Both the position numbers and the translations under genes were made by a program. The notes beneath the pieces were generated by a model. The model did no database searches. It was not told the origin of the DNA and worked only from the letters and a program-made list of their open reading frames with translations. 42,436 nucleotides of DNA. It comes from Gemmataceae bacterium. GTDB lineage: Bacteria > Planctomycetota > Planctomycetia > Gemmatales > Gemmataceae. Shown piece after piece: positions 15,157-22,948 of the stretch (positions within the stretch are counted from its first letter, which is position 1; each line of letters begins with the position of its first letter). The stretch lies in contig DAIOGM010000007.1 of the NCBI GenBank assembly GCA_036745215.1, positions 1 to 42,436 on the forward strand. Reading direction: 5' to 3'.

Positions 15157-16590
15157 TTATGCGATGACTTCCGAGACTACCTGCCCATGTACATCGGTGA
15201 GCCGAAAATCGCGGCCTCCAAAGCGGAAGGTAAGTCGTTCGTGATCGACGCCCATGAGGTGCAAGATGGTCGCGTGCAGATCGTGCATGGTGCAAACGCC
15301 GTCGATCGCGTGCATGCCGAAGTCGTCGGTGGCGCCGTAGACCGCGCCGCCCCTGACGCCGCCGCCGGCCATCCAGATGGAAAAACCCTCCGGATGATGA
15401 TCGCGGCCATCGCGCCCCGCCGAGTGCGGAGTGCGACCGAACTCGCCGGCCCAGAGGACGAGCGTCTCGTCGAGCAATCCACGCGACTTCAAATCCTTGA
15501 TGAGGCCAGCAATCGCTTGATCGGTGTCGAGCGCGTTTTTCTCGTGTCCACGTTTGAGATCGCCGTGCTGATCCCAGGCGCCGTTGGACGCGCCGGGCGG
15601 GCAGGTGATCTCGACGAAGCGCACGCCCGATTCGACGAGCCGCCGCGCTCGCAGACATTGGATGCCGTAGAGCCGTTTCGACGCGATCGTGGAGTCGATG
15701 CCGTAAAGCCGTTGCGTCGCCTGCGATTCGCGCGATAGATCGAGCACGTCCGGCACAAGCGACTGCATGCGATACGCGAGCTCGTAATTGCCGATGATCG
15801 ATTCGACGCCCGCCGCGCGCGCGAAGCCGGCGTTCTGATCGCGAAGCAATTCCAGAATCGGCGAGCCGGCAGCGCGCATCGGCGAGCCGCGAGCGTGAGC
15901 GACCGGAGGGCGTATGTTGTCAATCGGCACGCCATCCGCATGAAACAGCGTCGCCTGATGATTCGCCGGCAAGAACCCGCTCGAATAATTCTCCATCCCG
16001 CCGCACGGCACGACGCCGAAGCTCAACACGACGAAGCTCGGCAAATTGCGATTCTCGGTGCCGAGGCCATAGCTGATCCACGAGCCGAGGCTCGGCCGCC
16101 CCGCGTTATTGAGCCCCGTGTGCAAAAAGAGCACGCCGGTTGAATGCAACGGCAAGTCCGCCTTCATCGAACGGATGACCGCGAGATCATCCGCACACGA
16201 CGCGATATGCGGGAACAAATCGCTGATCGGCATCCCCGACTGCCCGCGCCGCCGAAACGTCCAAGGCGACTTGAGCCAGCGGCGATTGCCCATCGCCGTC
16301 GGATTGCGCGAGTCCGTGAAAAGGTGATTGTCGCGTCGCTCCAGCTCCGGCTTCGGATCGAACGAATCGACATGCGAGACGCCGCCGTCCATGAAGCAGA
16401 AGATGACGTTCTTGGCGCAAGCCCTGGCGAGCCGAGCCCCGTCAGGGGCCGGTTGATTCGCGTGGCTTTCGGCCAACATCCCCGTCAATGCCAGCGACCC
16501 AAAGCCAAGCGCCGACGTCCGCAACATCGCGCGGCGAGAAAGCGGCACGGAAGTGCTGCCGGGACACCTGCAAGCTTCATGAGCCATCAT
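15157..16590 (-). CDS. DUF1501 family protein (sulfatase/alkaline-phosphatase-like fold) with a Tat signal
   Basis: LSRRAMLRTSALGFGSLALTG twin-arginine signal. FMDGGVSHVDSFDPKP, WDQHGDL and GEFGRTP are DUF1501 hallmarks. Start taken at MMAHEA (16590). Confidence 0.88.
   Translation of the reverse strand: MMAHEACRCPGSTSVPLSRRAMLRTSALGFGSLALTGMLAESHANQPAPDGARLARACAKNVIFCFMDGGVSHVDSFDPKPELERRDNHLFTDSRNPTAMGNRRWLKSPWTFRRRGQSGMPISDLFPHIASCADDLAVIRSMKADLPLHSTGVLFLHTGLNNAGRPSLGSWISYGLGTENRNLPSFVVLSFGVVPCGGMENYSSGFLPANHQATLFHADGVPIDNIRPPVAHARGSPMRAAGSPILELLRDQNAGFARAAGVESIIGNYELAYRMQSLVPDVLDLSRESQATQRLYGIDSTIASKRLYGIQCLRARRLVESGVRFVEITCPPGASNGAWDQHGDLKRGHEKNALDTDQAIAGLIKDLKSRGLLDETLVLWAGEFGRTPHSAGRDGRDHHPEGFSIWMAGGGVRGGAVYGATDDFGMHAIDGVCTMHDLHATILHLMGVDHERLTFRFGGRDFRLTDVHGQVVSEVIA
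16426..16456. repeat. Family B repeat unit embedded in frame in the DUF1501 coding sequence
   Basis: GGCGAGCCGAGCCCCGTCAGGGGCCGGTTGA differs by 1 of 31 nt from the arm at 11807-11837. It encodes ANQPAPDGARLA between the Tat signal and the conserved mature N-terminus. Confidence 0.85.
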
Positions 16591-16681
16591 CGCGCTCTCA
16601 TTCCTGCTTGAGGATTTGACTTCCGCGTCGAGCAGGATCTTGTTAAAATCCTCAAAGTCGCCAACCCACGGAATACCAACC

Positions 16682-17239
16682 ATGAGCACCGTTCAATCCA
16701 GACTCTACACGCCCGCCGAACTTTTGGCCATGCCCGATTCCAACAACATCGAACTCGTTGACGGCAACCTGGTGGAGAAGCCCGTGAGCGTATTATCCAG
16801 CATCGTTGAAATCCGAATCGGCCGACGCCTGGATGCTTTCTGCGAGGCGCACAACGTCGCCGTCGTGATGTCGTCCACCAATGGCATTCAGTGCTTTCCG
16901 GGAGAGCCGAACAAGGTTCGCAAACCCGATATCTCCGTCGTCCGCCGAGAACGATTTCTGCCGGAACATTTGACCGAGGGGTTTTTGTCGATCGCGCCCG
17001 ATCTCGCGGTCGAGGTCCTTTCCACTCACGACGAGGCCCCGGAGTTGAACGAAAAAGTCGAGGAGTATCTCGCCGCCGGTGTGTCGCTCGTCTGGCTGAT
17101 CGATCCGCAAAACAAGATCGTTCACGTGCACCGCAAAGACGGCAGCGTCACCAAGCTTTACCAGAGCGACGAACTTTCCGGCGAGGACGTGCTGCCGGGC
17201 TTCACGTGCAAGGTGGCGGAGTTGTTTCCGACGGCGTGA
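16682..17239 (+). CDS. Uma2 family (DUF820) PD-(D/E)xK-type endonuclease
   Basis: YTPAELLAMPDSNNIELVDGNLVEKPVS, PDISVV and PDLAVEVLS...D, K...Y, and GVSLVWLIDP match the Uma2 layout. Start at MSTVQS (16682). Confidence 0.8.
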   Translation: MSTVQSRLYTPAELLAMPDSNNIELVDGNLVEKPVSVLSSIVEIRIGRRLDAFCEAHNVAVVMSSTNGIQCFPGEPNKVRKPDISVVRRERFLPEHLTEGFLSIAPDLAVEVLSTHDEAPELNEKVEEYLAAGVSLVWLIDPQNKIVHVHRKDGSVTKLYQSDELSGEDVLPGFTCKVAELFPTA

Positions 17240-17244
17240 ACGTA

Positions 17245-17775
17245 TCAAATCCCCGCCGCGTCGATGAACGCCAGATACATCGGCTCTTCGCCGCGCGCAA
17301 GATCGTAAAGCGTGTACGTGCCCATCACCAAAAGCGGCGGCGAATACAGGTGCAGCGTGATTAACTCCGCGTCGCCGCTTTGCAGGTTCGAGATCTGGTG
17401 CATGTCCTTGTCCACGCTGCCGATGATCGTGCCAGCAGGCGCATCGTGCGACGTCCGCGCGTAAACGTGGCCGTTCGGCGCGAACTCGAAAATCGTTTCC
17501 GTCATCACCCCTTTGAGCACGCGCACGGCACAACTCGAACCCGCATGATTGTGGATCGGCGAACGCTGGCCGTTCTTCCAACAAAGTACGAGCAAATTGT
17601 AATGCCGGCCCGCCTTGATCAAATTGCGGCTATAAGTGTGCGCGGAATAGAGCACGTACGGCTGCAACTGGCGCCAGTCGATTTCGAGATCGGCGAGCTT
17701 CTCCGTCAACGCGGCGAGCGGCGGAGCGTTCTCGAGATGATCGAGGTAGTCAATCAAGTCGGCCAGCGTTTTCAC
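17245..17775 (-). CDS. Cysteine dioxygenase type I-like cupin
   Basis: SPIHNHAGSSC (H-x-H metal ligands), DMHQISN (third His) and LHLYSPPL. GTG start at 17775, preceded by GGAGGG at a 7-nt spacing. There is no in-frame ATG until well inside the cupin domain. Confidence 0.8.
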   Translation of the reverse strand: MKTLADLIDYLDHLENAPPLAALTEKLADLEIDWRQLQPYVLYSAHTYSRNLIKAGRHYNLLVLCWKNGQRSPIHNHAGSSCAVRVLKGVMTETIFEFAPNGHVYARTSHDAPAGTIIGSVDKDMHQISNLQSGDAELITLHLYSPPLLVMGTYTLYDLARGEEPMYLAFIDAAGI

Positions 17776-18182
17776 GATTGGGCCCTCCCAGCTCTGCGCG
17801 GCGTGGACTGACTTATTCCCTTGAGCGGTTTTGCGGGAAGCCGCTTCAACTGGCGGGTAACGGGATCTACCATGACGCCGGCATTTTCGAGCGCCGCCAC
17901 GCCAAGAATCGGCTCGGAGTCCGGCGGCCCGAAAATCACTTGCGAGACCGTTTCGCCGCCGAAGAAAACGACGCGTGCAAAACCGTATTCGTATTCGATG
18001 GGCTGTCCGTTGGCGAGTTCGTAAACGGCTTTCCCCTCCGGCCGAATGCCCGCCGCCAATAATTTGTCGCCCGGCGCCATGCAATCGATCGAGCCGGTGT
18101 CCACCAAGAACTCGGCTTCGAACGGCGTCGTGGACTGGCCGGCCACATCGCGGATACTTGTCGTGATGTACGTGAGACCCAT
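17772..18182 (-). CDS. Retropepsin-like (clan AA, AF_0612-type) small aspartic protease
   Basis: 136 aa starting MGLTYITTSI. Catalytic FLVDTGS and C-terminal ILGVAALENAGVMVDP. Its TGA stop overlaps the GTG start of the downstream cupin (GTGA). Confidence 0.75.
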   Translation of the reverse strand: MGLTYITTSIRDVAGQSTTPFEAEFLVDTGSIDCMAPGDKLLAAGIRPEGKAVYELANGQPIEYEYGFARVVFFGGETVSQVIFGPPDSEPILGVAALENAGVMVDPVTRQLKRLPAKPLKGISQSTPRRAGRAQS

Positions 18183-18355
18183 GGTTCGCTTTCGCAAGGC
18201 GTGCAAATGGACGGTCGAAGTTGATTCTATCGGCCTCGACCGCCGACGCTCAAGCACAAAGTCACAGCGGGGGCGTCGTGTCGCCATTATTCTGTTGCAG
18301 CGCGCGCGCTCCGCAGATAGCTTTGAATAATGCGACCAGAATCACGGAGGCGATC

Positions 18356-19423
18356 ATGACTTTCTCAACGTCTTGCCGGCGCCTTTTTCCGTGCGTTCTC
18401 TTTATGGCGATGCCGGCGTTCGTTCTCGCGCAGCCGCCTGCCGGCAACCACTATTATCAGGACTTTCGCAAGAAGGCCGAGCTGATCGACGAGTTGAAAC
18501 ATTTCGGCGCGGACATGGACGACGTCAGCAAGAAGGAAGACGCCGGCCTGCGCGTCACGCTCACCGCCAAGCGCGAATGGAAAGGCGCCGTCGGCATCCA
18601 GACAACGATTCCGCTCACCGCCGATTTCGAGATCACTGCGGGCTACGAGATCATCGCGATGGAGCGGCCGCCGCTCGGCAGTCCCGGCGTGGGTGTGGCG
18701 ATCAACATCGCCAACGAGCCGGACATGCAAAATTTCGGCAAGCTCGGCCGATTCATGCTCTTCAAGTACGGCAGCGTCCACCTGGCTGAATCATGGCATC
18801 GCGACCTGCCGAAGGACAATCCGCTGCGCGTCTGGAAAACGGAGCCGACGGAAGCGAAATCGGGCCGCATTCGACTGAAGCGTGAGAGCGACATCGTGCA
18901 TTATCTTTCCGCCGATGGCCTGGATCAGGAGTTTCGCGAACTGGATTCGCGCGAGTTCAATGAACGCGACATCAAGCTGGTGCGTCTCCTGGTGACCAAT
19001 AACAACAGCCCGGCACTAATCGATGCCCGACTCGTGGACCTGCGCATTCGCACGGGATTGGGGCCGAATCAGGCGAATGCGCCAGTCGCGCCGCCGAAGA
19101 TTGCCAACGCGGCGCCAGACAATGGGCCCCGCGCGAGCGCCGACGCCGGCTGGCTGACAGTGATTTTGCTGGCCGGCGGCGCGGGCATCGTTGTTTGTTT
19201 CGCACTGGTCGCGGTCTGGTTGCTTCTGCGTTCTCGCCGCGGAAAGACCGAAGCCTTGAAAGAGAAGGTTCAAACGGACGCGACCGTCACGCTCTCGTTC
19301 GCGTGCTCCGAATGCGGCAAGAAGCTCAAGGCCAAACCGGATTCCGCGGGCAAGAAGATTAAATGTCCGCAATGCGGCAAGGCAATGCTCGTGCCGGTTG
19401 AAGTGAACGCCAATCTAGCCTGA
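18356..19423 (+). CDS. DUF1583-like extracytoplasmic domain protein with a TM helix and C-terminal zinc ribbon
   Basis: GGAGG lies 5 nt upstream of the ATG at 18356. Signal peptide LFPCVLFMAMPAFVLAQP. GLRVTL...DFEITAGYEII...GRIRLKRESDIVHYL...LVDLRIR. TM helix LTVILLAGGAGIVVCFALVAVWLLL. CSECGKKLKAKPDSAGKKIKCPQCG. Confidence 0.65.
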   Translation: MTFSTSCRRLFPCVLFMAMPAFVLAQPPAGNHYYQDFRKKAELIDELKHFGADMDDVSKKEDAGLRVTLTAKREWKGAVGIQTTIPLTADFEITAGYEIIAMERPPLGSPGVGVAINIANEPDMQNFGKLGRFMLFKYGSVHLAESWHRDLPKDNPLRVWKTEPTEAKSGRIRLKRESDIVHYLSADGLDQEFRELDSREFNERDIKLVRLLVTNNNSPALIDARLVDLRIRTGLGPNQANAPVAPPKIANAAPDNGPRASADAGWLTVILLAGGAGIVVCFALVAVWLLLRSRRGKTEALKEKVQTDATVTLSFACSECGKKLKAKPDSAGKKIKCPQCGKAMLVPVEVNANLA

Positions 19424-19432
19424 CGCATCGGC

Positions 19433-22400
19433 TCACGGAATCGCGATGAACTCCTGCAAGTTGAACATCGCATGTGCCGCGTCGCGCCAGACGGCGGTGC
19501 TATTGAGCACGCCGCCCATGGGCATTTTGTGCGCCTCGGCGGATTTGACGACGAAACGTGCGAAGCGATCGACCTCGGTTTTTTGGGCAGCGCGACCGAG
19601 CGCGGCGAGAAACATCACATTGATGCGAGATTCCACGCTGTCCCCTTTGCGTTCGATCAATCGTTTCGACCACACATCCGCTTGATCGTGCACGAACGGG
19701 TCGTTGAGCATCGCAAGTGCTTGTGCAGGCGTGTTCGTCACATCGCGGCGGCCCTGACACACCTTGCCGCCGGGGAAGTTGAAGACCTCCAGAAACTTCG
19801 GCGCTTCCATCAGCGTGACGCGCAAATAAATGCTGCGCCGGCCATGGCCATCGAGCGGCCCCTTGAACAAGCGGCGGTCGGCGTACTCCTTCTCTCGATA
19901 TGCGGAAATGCTCGGACCGAAGAGTTTACGATCGAGCCGGCCCGACATTGCCAGGAGCGAGTCGCGAATTGCCTCGGCTTCCATGCGCCGCGCAGGATAA
20001 CGGGCAAGCAGCCGATTCTCCGGATCGGCTTCATGCATCGCGGCGCTGGGCGTATGCGACAGCCGAAAGGCGCGCGTCAATACGATCGTGCGAATCAACT
20101 TCTTGATCGACCAGGCTCCGGTCGCTGACGCTCCCGGCTCGCCGTTCACGAAGCGATGCGCAAGATGATCAAGCAATTCCGGATGCGACGGCAGTTCACC
20201 GACGTGGCCGAAGTCATCGACCGTGCGAACCAGTCCCGTGCCGAACAAATGATGCCAGACGCGATTGACGAACACGCGCGCCGTCAGCGGATTTTCTCGG
20301 GATGCGATGATGTCGGCCAATTCTCGCCGACCGCTTCCGTTCGTCGCAACCGGATTCGGCGTGAGCACGTCGACGTAGCGCCGGACTGCCGCCTCGCCGG
20401 GTTTCAGGCAATCGCCGCGTACGAAGACCGGCTGATCGAAACCCGGACCAAAGTCGGCAAGCCCCGGCGCGACGCGTGGCAACGCCAGTTCCGCGTCGAG
20501 CTTGCGATATTCGGCGACAAGCTTCGCCAGCTTCGGCGTCAAGTCGGCGCGATTGCTCAACGCGCCGTCGCGCAGAAACGCATCGAGCCAGACGACGTCG
20601 TCATCGGTGGCGATGTCTTTTTTCCACGCGTGAATGGCGTCTTGCAGGCGCGTCAAATAGATATTGGCAAGCTCTGCGCTATTGAGCGGGACAGGACCCT
20701 CGATGATGCCCTTGAGATGATCGAGCGAAGGCTTCGGCGGTGTCGGCTGATCGTGCAAGACGACGTGCGTGACGCCAAAGTGCGAACGCGGGTCGGCCGC
20801 CGCTTTCTCCCACGGCATGCGATAATCTTTGCCGCTGCCGAGCGAGCCGAGCTGATCGGGAAACTTCGGATTGTCGAACTTCGTCATCAGCTCCGCGTAG
20901 ACGCGCAGGGAATCCGCCTCGTCGGGGATGCCGATCGTGATCCAATGGAGTTCGTCCTTCGTCAGGTACTTGAAGTTGCGGTAATTGAGCTGACAATTGT
21001 TCGACACGAGCCGCACCGCGGACGCGCGATCGCCGAGCACCTGGAAGCTGATGTACTTCTTGCCGCGATGGAGGACCGGCGAACGCAACGCGCCATTGAG
21101 ATTCTCGGACAGCGCATGCGTGAAAGCGCCGGCCGGCAAGATCGCGGTGATCGCGCGTTGATCGGACGCAATCGTGAAATCGCCGCTGTCGGACGGTTTA
21201 CCGCGCAGGCCCTGGCCGCTTGTTTGCCAGTCGGGCCAGGCGCCTTTGCGAAAATCCGCGAGCATCGTGAATTGCTGATTGAACTTCGTTCGCTCATTGA
21301 ATTCCTTGACGTAGTCGATGAATCCCTTGTTGCCTTTGTCGTGCCACTTTTTCGCAAATGCCAACGGGCTTTCAAACGGGGCGGCAGAATTTTTCGCCCG
21401 ACCCAACGCCACGGTCATCCTTGCAACGTCCAGCTCGCGCAGCCACGCGTCCGCCAGTTCGACGCGAATGGCGGACTTGGCTTCGCGCATCTTTTGTTGA
21501 ACATCCGCGTTCACCTGAGGCGCGTCAATCGTGTGCGCAACCTGGCGCGAGCTGCGCAAGATGCCCACGAGCCCGTGATAATCGCGTGTCGAGATCGCAT
21601 CGAGCTTGTGATCGTGGCACCGCGCACAGGCAATCGTCGTCGCTTGAAACGCCTTGCTCAGCGTGTCAATCTGATTGTCCACCAGGTCGTAGCCGATCGA
21701 TGGCAGGCCGATGCAATCGTCGTGATTGACTTCACCGAAGCGATAAAACGCAGTGCCGATGATGGATTCGTTGATCTGCTCCTGCTTGTTCCATCTTGGC
21801 GTCAACAAGTCCCCGGCGATGTGTTCGCGCACCAGTCGATCGTAGGGCACATCGTCATTGAACGCGCGAATCAGATAATCGCGATAGCGCCAGGCGTGAT
21901 GCACGTCGTAGTTCCATTCGTTGCCGTGCGTCTCGGTGAAGCGAACGACGTCCATCAAAAGACGTGCCCAGCGTTCGCCGAAGTGCGGCGACGCGAGCAA
22001 TCGATCCACCAATTCCTCGGCAACCGCTTGCCGTTTAGCGCTCGGCGCATCCCACGATTTGACAAACTCGTCAACCTCGGCGTCACCCGGCGGCAACCCC
22101 GTCAACACCAAACTCAACCGCCGAATCAAAGTGCGCGGATCTGCATCGCTCGCCGGCGTCAATCCCTTCGCTTCGATCTTCGCCAACAGAAAACGATCAA
22201 TCGGATCGCTCGACCACGCCGCGTTTTTCGGCGTCGGCGTCTCCGGCTTCGACACCGGCTGCAAGCTCCACCATTTCTTGCGCTCGCGCACGATCTCGTC
22301 CCACGACTTCGCGGCCGCGGGCACAGCAACCTTGTCGCGCGGATCAGGCGCGCCCATCTTGACCCACGCTTCGAGATCGGCAATGAGCGCCGCCGGCAGT

Positions 22401-22702
22401 TTCCCCTTCTTGGGCATCTTGGTCGCGTCATCGGTGTAACGCACCGCCTTGATGAGCGGGCTCTTGTCCGGATCGCCCGGCACGATCACCGGGCCGGTGA
22501 CGCCGCCCTTGCGTACGCCGTCGCGCGAATCGAGCAGCAGTTGGCCGCGAATTTTCTTGGCGCCGGCGGAGTGGCATTCATAACAATGCTCGACGAGGAT
22601 CGGACGAATCTTGCGTTCGAAGAACTCGACGCCGGCGCTTTGCGCGTTCGCCGACGACACAACGAGCAGCAACACCAGCAATCCGCTGAAACGACGGGAC
22701 AT
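19433..22702 (-). CDS. PSCyt1 / DUF1549 (PSCyt2) / DUF1553 (PSD1) planctomycete cytochrome-c-domain giant
   Basis: Signal peptide, then FFERKIRPILVEHCYECHS (CxxCH). RRLSLVLTGLPP (DUF1549). CARCHDHKLDAISTRDY (DUF1553). 1089 aa. Confidence 0.9.
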   Translation of the reverse strand: MSRRFSGLLVLLLVVSSANAQSAGVEFFERKIRPILVEHCYECHSAGAKKIRGQLLLDSRDGVRKGGVTGPVIVPGDPDKSPLIKAVRYTDDATKMPKKGKLPAALIADLEAWVKMGAPDPRDKVAVPAAAKSWDEIVRERKKWWSLQPVSKPETPTPKNAAWSSDPIDRFLLAKIEAKGLTPASDADPRTLIRRLSLVLTGLPPGDAEVDEFVKSWDAPSAKRQAVAEELVDRLLASPHFGERWARLLMDVVRFTETHGNEWNYDVHHAWRYRDYLIRAFNDDVPYDRLVREHIAGDLLTPRWNKQEQINESIIGTAFYRFGEVNHDDCIGLPSIGYDLVDNQIDTLSKAFQATTIACARCHDHKLDAISTRDYHGLVGILRSSRQVAHTIDAPQVNADVQQKMREAKSAIRVELADAWLRELDVARMTVALGRAKNSAAPFESPLAFAKKWHDKGNKGFIDYVKEFNERTKFNQQFTMLADFRKGAWPDWQTSGQGLRGKPSDSGDFTIASDQRAITAILPAGAFTHALSENLNGALRSPVLHRGKKYISFQVLGDRASAVRLVSNNCQLNYRNFKYLTKDELHWITIGIPDEADSLRVYAELMTKFDNPKFPDQLGSLGSGKDYRMPWEKAAADPRSHFGVTHVVLHDQPTPPKPSLDHLKGIIEGPVPLNSAELANIYLTRLQDAIHAWKKDIATDDDVVWLDAFLRDGALSNRADLTPKLAKLVAEYRKLDAELALPRVAPGLADFGPGFDQPVFVRGDCLKPGEAAVRRYVDVLTPNPVATNGSGRRELADIIASRENPLTARVFVNRVWHHLFGTGLVRTVDDFGHVGELPSHPELLDHLAHRFVNGEPGASATGAWSIKKLIRTIVLTRAFRLSHTPSAAMHEADPENRLLARYPARRMEAEAIRDSLLAMSGRLDRKLFGPSISAYREKEYADRRLFKGPLDGHGRRSIYLRVTLMEAPKFLEVFNFPGGKVCQGRRDVTNTPAQALAMLNDPFVHDQADVWSKRLIERKGDSVESRINVMFLAALGRAAQKTEVDRFARFVVKSAEAHKMPMGGVLNSTAVWRDAAHAMFNLQEFIAIP

Positions 22703-22851
22703 TGGATTTCCCTCACCGGTTCGTAAGATGGAATTGTCCCACGTTGCCGGCCGCCAAGCTCAACGATTGGATCATCGCGGACGCCAACGACATGCAGGGC
22801 GGATTCACGATCAAGTTGATTCAAGAAATACAGGGCGACGGGGAATAAACT

Positions 22852-22946
22852 AATGGCAAAAAGATTGGTGGCAAAAAAATAAGACCGCGTGAATTGGCTG
22901 CTTCCTTTCCCGATCTTATTTTTTTGCCAACAATATTTTTGCCATA
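22852..22946. repeat. AT-rich imperfect inverted repeat (33-nt arms, 29-nt spacer), each arm carrying two TGGCAAAAA motifs
   Basis: AATGGCAAAAAGATTGGTGGCAAAAAAATAAGA (22852-22884) against 22914-22946 pairs at 30 of 33 positions. It lies between the DUF2330-like stop and the PSCyt gene start. Confidence 0.85.
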
Positions 22947-22948
22947 TT

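Noticed and set aside
22852-22884. TGGCA-containing motifs considered as sigma54 -24/-12 promoters (also at 10645-10670).
   Set aside because: GG-to-GC spacing is off by one, or the GC dinucleotide is missing (TGGCAAAAATATTGT). Neither site matches TGGCAC-N5-TTGC well.
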